Assembly (NCBI GenBank): GCA_963717145.1
Contig: OY970325.1
Span: 2,368,001-2,432,000, forward strand
From: an uncultured Armatimonadetes bacterium
GTDB taxonomy: Bacteria > Armatimonadota > UBA5829 > DTJY01
Direction of reading: 5' to 3'
Length of the DNA stretch: 64,000 nucleotides
A program made the translations under genes and the position numbers. The notes beneath the pieces are model-generated. The model saw only the letters and a program-made list of their open reading frames with translations, was not told where the DNA came from and searched no databases. This document shows positions 18,603 through 27,880 of the stretch, in pieces (positions within the stretch are counted from its first letter, which is position 1; the number at the start of each line of letters is the position of its first letter).

Positions 18603-19461
18603 TCGCTGGAACAGCCGAATGCTGAGCATCGGGATGTCCCTGGCGATCAACTGTGCGATCGTCGGCATCCTGGCACGCGTACTTGCCGCTCCCTCAGGGC
18701 CGGCCGAGACGCGAATCGAAGTCGAACTGGAGCACGTCTCCGTGGCTCAGGTCAGGCGGGATGAGCCTCCGAAGCTCATGATCGCGCGGGTCAGTTCCGC
18801 TCCTCAACCGCGGCAGACGAGTACGACTGCTCCACCGCCTCCGAGGGAGCAGCGCCCACAATCGCGTCTATCCCTGCCCAGGCTCGATCTCTCCGCGTTC
18901 TTCGGCGCTCATCCACCCGATCCCGGACCGGCGACGAGCCGCTCGGACAGCGAGACATCCACAGGCGGCTCCATCGAGGGCGGGACGGGGCCCGGCGTCA
19001 CCGGGGGCACGACCGGCTCAGGCCCGGGCGCTGCTTCTTCGCATGGTGACGGCACCGGCACGACTCTCGCCGGCCCGAGCGGTTCCGGCGGGACAAAGGA
19101 TCCACCGACCGCCGTCGCGGGCAATCGCGAGGAGGTCCGGAAGGGCGAACCGACCCCGGTGAAGCCGGAGAAACCTGCTCCCAGAGGTGAGAGCCGCGAC
19201 GTGAAACCGGCAAAACAACCCCGGCCGGCGTACCCGAGTGACGCAAGAGATGAGGAAATCGAGGGCGCCGTGACGCTGATCGCGGTGGTCGGCGCGGACG
19301 GCAAGGTCTCGGAGGTGAGACTGGAGAAGGGCTTGGGCGACCGACGGCTCGATCGGGCCGCGGAGAATGGGGTCAAGCAGTGGACCTACAGTCCGGCGCT
19401 CAGAGACGGAGTTCCGGTGAAGTCAAATGTACGCGTGCGAGTGGAGTTCCGACTGGAGTAG
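18589..19461 (+). CDS. tonB: Energy transducer TonB
   Basis: N-terminal TM, Pro/Gly-rich linker, C-terminal PAYPSDAR..IEG.V...LDRAA..VKQW.YSPA...VEFRL. Confidence 0.9.
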   Translation: MHSASRWNSRMLSIGMSLAINCAIVGILARVLAAPSGPAETRIEVELEHVSVAQVRRDEPPKLMIARVSSAPQPRQTSTTAPPPPREQRPQSRLSLPRLDLSAFFGAHPPDPGPATSRSDSETSTGGSIEGGTGPGVTGGTTGSGPGAASSHGDGTGTTLAGPSGSGGTKDPPTAVAGNREEVRKGEPTPVKPEKPAPRGESRDVKPAKQPRPAYPSDARDEEIEGAVTLIAVVGADGKVSEVRLEKGLGDRRLDRAAENGVKQWTYSPALRDGVPVKSNVRVRVEFRLE

Positions 19462-19471
19462 CGGCCGAAGG

Positions 19472-22102
19472 TCAGCTTTGTGCATATGGAACGATCATGG
19501 CCAGGTTCGGCTTCAGCGACTGTACCCAGTAGCCGTGCCATGGACTGAACTGAGCGGCGTCATCCCACTGAGTATCGATATAGCACAGCGACCCACTGCT
19601 GCTTTCCCAGTAATACAGCCCCCCATCAAGCCAGCCGCGACTGGCAGCCTCGGCCATGGACAGCATCTCGATCCCATCGGTGATACAGCAGCCACTTACC
19701 GCGGTGGGAGAAGCAAACGGATGCCCCACGATAGCATAGCCCGCGACCGGCAGGCTGATCCACACGTCGGTGTCAGGATCGTCCCTTATGACCTGCGTGA
19801 CGATATTGTGGGGCTGAGTCACCTGCAGCCAAAACCCGATGCCGACGCAGAGAGCGGGGAAGGCCTCAGGTATCCATGCGCTGTATGTATACATGCTCTG
19901 CGTCAACGGATCCCATGCGTGCAATCTGCCCTCGATCTGGGTGTACGGAAGCGCAGAAGCCGCCGTGGGATTGGTTGGGATGCCCGGTATGGAGAGGAGA
20001 TTCCACTCGGGCATAACGGTCCCGGGGGATGTGCTGAGCTGAGTGAATGGCAGGTTGTAACTGATATCAGCTGGGGTCCGGGGCCTGAGTACCGGCCTCA
20101 GGTTGGCGACCTCCAACTCGAGGGCACTGATGCCGGTGACCTCGACCCAGCTTCCAAGGCCGGGCATGCTCGGTGTCTCCGTCATGCCGGCGAAGGACAC
20201 CTTGAGACGTCCGACGACCGCTCCTGTCGGCGGCTTGATGCTGCGATCGGCGATGTAGAACGCACCGGTGGCGAGCTGCTGCACCTGACCCCATGTCCTG
20301 ACCAGAAGACCTGTGCTCGAGGGCCCTACCCCCAAGCTCGATGACCCAGGCCCCGCGTATTTGCCGCGATTCCCCATATCCCGGTTGATGAGCCCGATCG
20401 GCATCGGGACCTCGCCGGTTCCCACATGTGCGAGGTAGGTACCCTGTATGACCTGCTGGCCGTCGATGAGTCGTCTCTCTCCCTCGATATCGACGAGTTC
20501 ACCGGCTTGGGCAGTCGTCGTACCGGTGACCTTGACCCCGGCCGCTCGATCGAGTTCGGAAACGTAGATGCAGTCAGTGAATGCGGCCGTCACTATCTTG
20601 GACGTCAGCCTGATGAGTCTTTCCTCTTCGGTTCCGCTCAAATCGCCGATCCTGGATACATCCTGCGGCGTATTGAGGACGCGCGCCTGTATCCTCGCCG
20701 CGCCCTGAGTGTAAACAGGGCTGTCCTCCCATGCGATGGCCTCGATCGTATACGCGCCATCAGGATAGCCGCTCGTGTCCCACTCAAACTCATACGGCGC
20801 TGAGGCGCAAACCGCGACCGGCTCATCGTCGATGTAGAACTCGACCTTCTGCACCCCAGAGGCGTCCGTCGCATTAACGAAGACATGGATCGCACCATGC
20901 AGCGGCGGGTCACCCTGAGGATCAGTGAACGTCACGACCGGCGGCGTGGCATACGGGGCCATCAGCGGGTCGCCGATGGTTACCGCCTTCCAGTACAACT
21001 CGGGGGTCGCAGCCATGAAGCTCTCGGCAAGGTTGTAGCCTTTCAGGTAGCGGTCGAACAACACGCCGGGATAGGTGACCAAGTTGACATTCGGCTCGGA
21101 GACATAGCCGTTGCCCCCACTGAGGCCCTGTGGAATGAGGTCGGCAATGAGTGACTGACCGGCGGATGGCGGATACGTGAAGGTGCGACCACTGTAGGAC
21201 ACGAAGGAGTCGGCTATGGACCCGGGCACAAAGTGGTTCGACGTGTATGCCGCCTGCGTGAAGGAGTAGCTCTCGTTGCTGCCCCAACTGAAGTATCCCA
21301 TGACTCCCTGCTGGCCACCCGCGAATTCTCGGATTCGCGCGTCGAAATCGGCACTGCTGTAGTACGTCTGGTGTCCCCCGGATATGACCGCATTGTTCGC
21401 CTGACGCAAGCGATTGTTGATGTGAGCATAAACCGAACTCATGTCCGCACCGTCGAGCACGAACAATCCCTCCAGGGGCTGAACGATGAGAGCATCGTCT
21501 ATCATGCGATAGACATCCGTTTCGGAGTACGCGTCGAGGCGGGTCACAGCATAGAAGCTGCGACCCGAAAAATCCAGCCCATGGGTGAAGTACTGCTCGG
21601 GAGCGACGGGCAAAGCGGTCGGTCCATAGGGATTGACCAGCGGCGGACGGGTACCAAGGTCGAAAATGTTCACGGGTGGGTAGGTAATTGACGGCTCGCC
21701 GACACACGTCAGGATGCTGGCCACCGAAACAGGTCCTAAAAAGTAGGAGTTGTCGTAAGTCGCTTTGAGAGGGATGCCCTTGGTCAGCACGATGTAGTCT
21801 ATCCGCTCAGGCAAGGGATGGTTCGCGAGGAAACTGCGGACGGGCGCAACTATATTGGTTTCGCATTCAGTAAGAGATACCTGTTCGGCAGTGGAACACC
21901 TGATGCGGCAGACATTGGATGCCGGAATTGCCCGTCTCTGCTGATAATACGTCCCTATGGCCTGCGAGACCGGGCTGTTATCGTTGATGACGACCACGAC
22001 GTTCTTCGGGCCACCTCCTGCCAGGCAAATGCCGAGGCAGCACAGAGTAAGGGCAGTCGCCAGTGCCGGTATATGCATTGTGCAACGCGCGCGGCTACGC
22101 AT
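19472..22102 (-). CDS. TIGR03790-family secreted protein with Ig-like (Big) and C-terminal accessory domains
   Basis: NVVVVIN..S..IG.YY..R.IP, YIVLTKGIP, VTRLD, GYFSWGSN, PGSIA, QSLIADLI, GYVSEP, GYNLAESF, IGDPL; adjacent PEP-CTERM genes. Confidence 0.85.
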   Translation of the reverse strand: MRSRARCTMHIPALATALTLCCLGICLAGGGPKNVVVVINDNSPVSQAIGTYYQQRRAIPASNVCRIRCSTAEQVSLTECETNIVAPVRSFLANHPLPERIDYIVLTKGIPLKATYDNSYFLGPVSVASILTCVGEPSITYPPVNIFDLGTRPPLVNPYGPTALPVAPEQYFTHGLDFSGRSFYAVTRLDAYSETDVYRMIDDALIVQPLEGLFVLDGADMSSVYAHINNRLRQANNAVISGGHQTYYSSADFDARIREFAGGQQGVMGYFSWGSNESYSFTQAAYTSNHFVPGSIADSFVSYSGRTFTYPPSAGQSLIADLIPQGLSGGNGYVSEPNVNLVTYPGVLFDRYLKGYNLAESFMAATPELYWKAVTIGDPLMAPYATPPVVTFTDPQGDPPLHGAIHVFVNATDASGVQKVEFYIDDEPVAVCASAPYEFEWDTSGYPDGAYTIEAIAWEDSPVYTQGAARIQARVLNTPQDVSRIGDLSGTEEERLIRLTSKIVTAAFTDCIYVSELDRAAGVKVTGTTTAQAGELVDIEGERRLIDGQQVIQGTYLAHVGTGEVPMPIGLINRDMGNRGKYAGPGSSSLGVGPSSTGLLVRTWGQVQQLATGAFYIADRSIKPPTGAVVGRLKVSFAGMTETPSMPGLGSWVEVTGISALELEVANLRPVLRPRTPADISYNLPFTQLSTSPGTVMPEWNLLSIPGIPTNPTAASALPYTQIEGRLHAWDPLTQSMYTYSAWIPEAFPALCVGIGFWLQVTQPHNIVTQVIRDDPDTDVWISLPVAGYAIVGHPFASPTAVSGCCITDGIEMLSMAEAASRGWLDGGLYYWESSSGSLCYIDTQWDDAAQFSPWHGYWVQSLKPNLAMIVPYAQS

Positions 22103-22435
22103 CGGTAGACTACTTCCTCGCTCAGAATTGTGGGACTCTCATCCCCTGAGCGTGACCGACCGGATGACGCGCACTACGCGACTCTCGAATGGGCACTGAA
22201 GTATGAAGAGCTGGCTGGACGCCGCGATTGAGTACGCTTACCTGGCAAGACCTGTCGCCCGACGGCGGCTGTGTGACGGGGGGATAGCACACCGGTGTAT
22301 TCGGAGCGTCTGTTCTCCATCTCCAGACAGCAATGTATGGAATATGAAGAACAGACGCTCCATTGCAAAACGCGGATTTCTCTTTCCTTACGTTTGCGGA
22401 CAGCTTTCTGCTGTCTCTATCTTACCGTGGCTGGG

Positions 22436-23008
22436 CTATTTCTTGCGTCGCCTCACCAGAGGCATGAGTCCGCCGACCAAGCCACCCAGAGCGAGGAGCG
22501 AACTCGGCTCGGGAATCATCGCCGGACCAGGAACCACTCTCTCATGTATCGCTGTGCTGATCGGACCGCCATCCATGGTCACCACAAGCCCTTGTTCGAT
22601 CGGCGCGCTATTCGGCACACGTAGGGTGAACCGGCCCGTCCACACCGTATTGGAAGGCACTACGTCGGCGGTAGTAGGCGCCCGCCAAATGGCGTTGTCC
22701 ATGCGGGTAGGCACCCACTGCCTAGCCTGGGTGGACTTGCCCCACAGAGCGGTGTTGTACAATGGTGACAAAGAGCCACCATCCGCTCCGAGCGTCCAAG
22801 GGAAGTACACCCCGAAGTTAGGCACCTTAGCCTGAACAATCAACTGTCCGAATGGGAAAGTGCTGTCGACCGTGCAATCTATCCGGTAGGTGTATGTAAA
22901 AGTAGTGGGGTTGAAGCCCTCATACGTCACTTCCGGGAAAACCGAAGTAGCAGACGCAACACTACCGCACATCATCACGCAGATAGCCAGAAATACTAGT
23001 CTTCTCAT
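22436..23008 (-). CDS. PEP-CTERM sorting-signal protein
   Basis: Signal peptide; C-terminal IPEPSSLLALGGLVGGLMPLVRRRKK; GGAGGTG RBS. Confidence 0.9.
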   Translation of the reverse strand: MRRLVFLAICVMMCGSVASATSVFPEVTYEGFNPTTFTYTYRIDCTVDSTFPFGQLIVQAKVPNFGVYFPWTLGADGGSLSPLYNTALWGKSTQARQWVPTRMDNAIWRAPTTADVVPSNTVWTGRFTLRVPNSAPIEQGLVVTMDGGPISTAIHERVVPGPAMIPEPSSLLALGGLVGGLMPLVRRRKK

Positions 23009-23062
23009 ATCTTGTCTCACCTCCTAGTTCCTTCGTAATCACTCTCAAATAAGCCCACGACT

Positions 23063-23617
23063 CTACTGCCTCATGCGCCTGAGCGTCGCCACGGCTCCAA
23101 ACAAGCCGGTCGCCAGTACCAGGAGTCCGGACGGCTCAGGTACTGCCGGCACCTGAAGGTCGTAGGTCCAAGCGGGTGCGCCATAGTCGGTAGGTCTGGC
23201 TATTACCGTACCCATAACAGGGTGCGTATTCGGCACGGTAAGGTTGAAGGTTCCCACCCACGCCGGCATCTCGTACATCTGGAGCACCGGACCGGGCGGG
23301 ATCCCAGGCGAGATCCACTTGTACGCAACGTATGTCGGCTCACTCCACCAAGGCTGGGCGTTGGTCCAAGGACCGAACGAGAAATTCTCGATCGGATCGT
23401 GGATCGTGTACGGCGAGGTGGCGCCTACGAATGCATCCACCTCCAGTTCGCCGAAACCATACTCCACATCGTATCCCTGTGTCACCTGATACGTGTAGGT
23501 AAACGTTCCGGGATCGAAGCCCAGATACGCGACGAGCGGCGGAGCGCCAAGCGCGGCTGTAGCGCACAGCAACACGAGAACAAACGAGGCGACCGTGAAT
23601 CTGAGATAATTGGACAT
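23063..23617 (-). CDS. PEP-CTERM sorting-signal protein (paralog of 22436-23008)
   Basis: C-terminal VPEPSGLLVLATGLFGAVATLRRMRQ; shares Y.GF.P.TFTYTY and W.G.F.L.VPN with its neighbour. Confidence 0.9.
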   Translation of the reverse strand: MSNYLRFTVASFVLVLLCATAALGAPPLVAYLGFDPGTFTYTYQVTQGYDVEYGFGELEVDAFVGATSPYTIHDPIENFSFGPWTNAQPWWSEPTYVAYKWISPGIPPGPVLQMYEMPAWVGTFNLTVPNTHPVMGTVIARPTDYGAPAWTYDLQVPAVPEPSGLLVLATGLFGAVATLRRMRQ

Positions 23618-23961
23618 GCTGTACTCACCTCCTTGTGGAGCGGACGTGTACACACACCATTCCTTACCTGACAGGCTATGCCCGATAGGCCAGGGACGGC
23701 ATCTGGAACAAACCAACAACGACCGTGATAAAAGGGGATGAGGAGTTGAGGGAATGCTGCGAGTAAAGGCTGGATGCCTTTCCCTCTTCTTCTCCTTCCC
23801 AAAGCCGGACCTTTTCCGTCGGTAGCCATCACGCCGAAACATTTCGTGCGCACAGCCTTATCGCGGAAGGTCCCATCCTGTCAGCAGGTAGACAACACCT
23901 GGGAGCATCGGGCGAGCAGGTTCATATCTAGGGAAACCTGTTCTCCCATGCCACCATGTGC

Positions 23962-23990
23962 AGTATAAGCCCGGAACGGCTTCCTGTCAA
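23962..23990 (-). promoter_or_regulatory. Sigma70 promoter of the PEP-CTERM locus
   Basis: TTGACA-17 nt-TATACT on the minus strand. Confidence 0.7.
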
Positions 23991-24083
23991 GCAAAATGAC
24001 TGGAATTCCCGAAAAACTGGTAATAATACCGGGTATTGCATGGTTGACAAACTGGAGAGCGGGGATCCCTACGAGCCGCGCGG

Positions 24084-24112
24084 TTGACTTTCATTGGTAG
24101 ATTCCATATACT
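24084..24112 (+). promoter_or_regulatory. Sigma70 promoter
   Basis: TTGACT-17 nt-TATACT. Confidence 0.65.
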
Positions 24113-24165
24113 TTCACTGGTTCGCCCTTTGCGCGTTCCTGCTGTAATAGTCCCGGAGGTTAGCG

Positions 24166-24792
24166 ATGCAGGCTCAGATAGACATACGGACGGTTTGGAA
24201 TAGGGTAGTGGATGAAGTCAAGCACCAGGTCATCCATCCGACACTATGGAAGGCGCTCGAGGCGGGGGTCGCGGTTACCGTCGAGAACGGGCAGTTCATC
24301 GTCGGCTTCCCCATGGGCACCTTTCATCTGAGCGGCAATCTGATGTCGCTGGACCATAGGAACGTCATCGAAGCCTCCATCGCCAAGCACGCGGGCCAGC
24401 GTCTGTTGCTGCGGATCATCGAAGGCGGGACACTGGATGACTGGGACGCCGTAAAGGTCAAGGAAGCCCATGCCGCCTCCCTCCGCGAGGCCGCAGCCCT
24501 CAAGTCGCTGGACGAAACAAGTGCCGTCAGGGTTTGGGATCAACTGCTCGATCAGATCGGCCGCAAGTATGCAACTCTGCCCCTCCGTCAGCTTCCGCAG
24601 TCACGTGCGGCCTACATCGCGGAGGCCCTGCGGATGATCTCGGATGCGATGGACAAGGTCATCGCACCGGGCAAGGAGCCTGACGAACTGACCCAGAGGG
24701 CCATCGGCCGAGTCATCGAGAAGGTGGCGAACCTCGTTGAGGTGCCCTCCACTCTCCTCGCTTTTGAATTGATCCGGGCGAGGCGCAAGTAA
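24166..24792 (+). CDS. Hypothetical protein; N-terminus resembles DnaA domain I (KH-like)
   Basis: GGAGG RBS; VWNRVVDEVK...LW..L....V.VENGQFIVG pattern. Domain call is resemblance only. Confidence 0.65.
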   Translation: MQAQIDIRTVWNRVVDEVKHQVIHPTLWKALEAGVAVTVENGQFIVGFPMGTFHLSGNLMSLDHRNVIEASIAKHAGQRLLLRIIEGGTLDDWDAVKVKEAHAASLREAAALKSLDETSAVRVWDQLLDQIGRKYATLPLRQLPQSRAAYIAEALRMISDAMDKVIAPGKEPDELTQRAIGRVIEKVANLVEVPSTLLAFELIRARRK

Positions 24793-24795
24793 CCC

Positions 24796-25542
24796 ATGGG
24801 TAGACGGCTCAATCGGAAGGCACTCCCATGTAGTGGCCGCACCTCAGTACCGGCTTCCCCCGGATTCACCCTGATCGAGCTTCTCGTAGTGATTGCCATC
24901 ATCTCACTGCTTGCCGGTATCCTCATGCCCATACTCGCCGCTGCAAGGGAAAAGGGCCGTGGAGCATCATGCCAGTCCAATCTGAAGCAGATCGGCCTGG
25001 CATTCGATCTCTATCTGGACGACGACCACGACAACTACCCATGCAACGGCGACCCGTTCCTCTGGATGGGCCGCAAGTGGCGCTGGCCGCTCAAACCATA
25101 CCTGGCGCTGATGGGGGAGCAGGACGGCACTCCGATGAAGTCCAAGGGCGGAGGCAGGAACGTTCTGCTCTGCCCGAGCGACCGGCTGGCGGCTCAGAAG
25201 TGGGACGGCACTTCCTACTCGTACTCCATGGCTTTCTATCACTCGCCGGACCAGATCAACTCGCTCACCAAGATCGAGGACACGTGGACGAACGCCCTGC
25301 CCTGCCAGACTCAGAACCAGTCGTCCGTGAAGTTTCCATCCTACAAGGCGCTGGTCACGGAATGGCTGAGCAACCATGAGCCGCCTCACGTGGCGTGGAA
25401 CAGTTGGCATGGTGGCCGGGTCTACCTGTTCGCTGACGGTCACTGCAAGTACCTGAAGGCGACCGAGATCAAGCCCGGCAACGACAACTGGCCCGATATC
25501 AACCTGACGCGCAATGGAATTCGAGGGAGGGATGTGGAATGA
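24796..25542 (+). CDS. Prepilin-type N-terminal cleavage/methylation protein with H-X9-DG-like C-terminal motif
   Basis: [56 protein letters not shown]. Confidence 0.92.
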   Translation: MGRRLNRKALPCSGRTSVPASPGFTLIELLVVIAIISLLAGILMPILAAAREKGRGASCQSNLKQIGLAFDLYLDDDHDNYPCNGDPFLWMGRKWRWPLKPYLALMGEQDGTPMKSKGGGRNVLLCPSDRLAAQKWDGTSYSYSMAFYHSPDQINSLTKIEDTWTNALPCQTQNQSSVKFPSYKALVTEWLSNHEPPHVAWNSWHGGRVYLFADGHCKYLKATEIKPGNDNWPDINLTRNGIRGRDVE

Positions 25543-27689
25543 GGATTGGGAACCGCCAAGACGCCAAGATCGCCAAGGGGATGGGTCAGAGGCTCATACT
25601 CGTACTCCTAATCGTAATCGTACTCGGAACGTCAGCCATCGGAGGTGCAAGCGTGGAACAGTCTATCGCGGATCTGTCGAAGATCATGGGAGTGCCCGCA
25701 GACTCCATCACGATCAACCATCGCCCGGATCAGCCGCATACTTCATTCCAGACTCCGACCGGCTACATGCCCGAGAACGACATCCGCACGGACGCGGTGA
25801 TCGTCTACTCGGCGGGGAAGGATCAGATCGCCACATGGAAGGAGAAGGGCTACTCGATCCAGACGATGTACGGCTTCCGGACCGGCGACGACTACATCAA
25901 GGATCACAAGGACGAGGGACAGACGGCGGCGGACGGCACGATCCTGACCTGCGGGCCGGGAAGCTACTATATGGTCCCGACGCAGAGCCGGATCGACGCC
26001 GCGATCGCGTTCTATCGCGAGGCAATCAAGAACGGCACGCAACTCGCAGTCCCGGAAGAGCCGGAGTTCTTCGCCCGCGCGGGATACTCCGACTCGTTCA
26101 AGCGCGAGTGGCAGGACTACTACAACACGCCGTGGGTCGATCCGACATCATCCATCGAGGCGCGATACAAGTCCGAGCGGCTGAAGGCCTACATGGAGTG
26201 GCGCATGGTGAAGTCGATCCTCCAGGACTCCAAGGCGCAGAACCCGGCGGTCGTCGGCGCGGTCGCGGCTCACAGCCCGGTCAGCTACTTCATGTGGGAC
26301 ATCGTCTATCCGCATTTCCAAGTCATGCAGTTGCCGGAACTCCAGGAGATGATCGGCCAAGTGTGGACCGGCACTGCGAGAAGTGGCTGCAAGTACGAGG
26401 GTGTCGTCGCCGAGCGGACCTTCGAGAACGGCTTCCTGGAGTACTCCTCGCTCTACAACCTCATGCGCGGGACCGGCAAGCGGCTCTGGTTCCTGATGGA
26501 CCCGCTGGAAGACAACCCCGACCGCAGCATGGAGGACTACCAGTCGAACTACGTCAAGACGCTCGTCGGCTCGCTGATGTTCCCCGGCGTCGATGAGTTC
26601 GAGGTCATGCCCTGGCCGACACGGATCTTCGGCCGCGTGCCTCAGGAATTTGCGACCGAGATCATGTCGATCGTGACGATGCTCGGCGACGTCCACAACC
26701 AGAAGGAGTTCGACCTCGACGCCGGAACCGAGGGCATCGCGACCTTCGTGGCGGACTCGATGGGCTGGCAGCGCGGCGAGCCGAGCAAGAGCAACTACGA
26801 CTGCTTCTACGGCCTGACTCTCCCGCTCATCATGAAGGGCATCCCGGTCCAGGTGGCGCAACTCGAACGGACGCCTCAGCCGAAATACCTCGATCCCTAC
26901 AAGGTTCTGCTGCTCTCCTACGACATCATGAAGCCGATGGACAAGCGGTACAACGAGTCGATCGCGAAGTGGGTCAAAGGCGGCGGGGCGCTCATTCTCT
27001 TTGGCGGCAAGGATGCGTACAACGATCTCCCCATGTGGTGGAAGGAAGGAGGCTTGGACTCGCCACACGATCAGCTTCTTTCGCTGGTGAAATGCCCTGC
27101 TCAGGATGGGACGTACAAAGTCGGTAAGGGAACCGTGATCGTCGAGACCAGGCCGGGAAGCTACTTCGCCGAGTCGAAGGGATCGGCGGAGGAGCTTCGG
27201 GCGATCGTGGCCCAGGCGTGCGGAAAGGCGGGCGTTCCGTACAAGGAACAGCACTACATGATGGTCCGGCGCGGGCGATATATCGCCGCCCGGTCGTTCG
27301 ACAGGCCGGCGACAATCCGTGGAAAGTACCTCAACGTCCTCGATCCGGCGCTCGGATTCGTGACGAACCCAGAAGTCGCCGCCGGGGACCTGGCGGTCTA
27401 TGCCGACGTGAGTGAGATGCTCGCGGACGACAAGCCGCGGGTGATGCTCTCGTCGTCGCGCGTCGAGGCGAAGTCGGAATCGTCGGCCCTGACCTCGGTC
27501 CTTCTCTCCGGCCCGCTCGGTACGCGCGGAGTCGTCCGCTTCTCGACCTCAGGCAAGACCCCGAGGCTGATACAGGTGCTCGACACCGCCGGAAAGCCGC
27601 TACCATTCGAGCAAGCATTCGAGACGGAGACGCTACTCATCACCCACGACGGCCTCCCGGATGGCGTCGTCGTGAAGGTGCGCTGGTAG
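25539..27689 (+). CDS. Secreted hypothetical protein, putative glycoside hydrolase (TIM barrel plus trimerisation-like domain)
   Basis: 716 aa, ATGA-coupled, signal peptide, EEPEF acidic motif, [15 protein letters not shown] trimerisation-like segment; carbohydrate context. Confidence 0.6.
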   Translation: MRIGNRQDAKIAKGMGQRLILVLLIVIVLGTSAIGGASVEQSIADLSKIMGVPADSITINHRPDQPHTSFQTPTGYMPENDIRTDAVIVYSAGKDQIATWKEKGYSIQTMYGFRTGDDYIKDHKDEGQTAADGTILTCGPGSYYMVPTQSRIDAAIAFYREAIKNGTQLAVPEEPEFFARAGYSDSFKREWQDYYNTPWVDPTSSIEARYKSERLKAYMEWRMVKSILQDSKAQNPAVVGAVAAHSPVSYFMWDIVYPHFQVMQLPELQEMIGQVWTGTARSGCKYEGVVAERTFENGFLEYSSLYNLMRGTGKRLWFLMDPLEDNPDRSMEDYQSNYVKTLVGSLMFPGVDEFEVMPWPTRIFGRVPQEFATEIMSIVTMLGDVHNQKEFDLDAGTEGIATFVADSMGWQRGEPSKSNYDCFYGLTLPLIMKGIPVQVAQLERTPQPKYLDPYKVLLLSYDIMKPMDKRYNESIAKWVKGGGALILFGGKDAYNDLPMWWKEGGLDSPHDQLLSLVKCPAQDGTYKVGKGTVIVETRPGSYFAESKGSAEELRAIVAQACGKAGVPYKEQHYMMVRRGRYIAARSFDRPATIRGKYLNVLDPALGFVTNPEVAAGDLAVYADVSEMLADDKPRVMLSSSRVEAKSESSALTSVLLSGPLGTRGVVRFSTSGKTPRLIQVLDTAGKPLPFEQAFETETLLITHDGLPDGVVVKVRW

Positions 27690-27786
27690 GGAACGTGGCG
27701 CTGTCCCGTTCCGCTCTCTGTCGCTCATCGGTTCAGTGGGTGCAGCTTTCCACCAGAGCGGAACGGCACGGCGGCACGTTCCCTAC
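27686..27786. repeat. GTAG REP doublet (GTAGGGAACG family)
   Basis: gtagggaacgtggcgctgtcccgttccgctct...agagcggaacggcacggcggcacgttccctac. Confidence 0.85.
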
Positions 27787-27880
27787 CCGTTTATCCGTTC
27801 TCCATTGCGCGCCCGCAGGAAAGCCCCCTGCCTCCGATGAACACTCCAATGACCGATCTCACTCCGGAGGCACGATCCCT

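Noticed and set aside
22330-22430. c-di-GMP-I riboswitch (GAAA-loop hairpin followed by CGCAAA on the minus strand)
   Set aside because: It lacks the 5' GGCAAAC and the P3 architecture.
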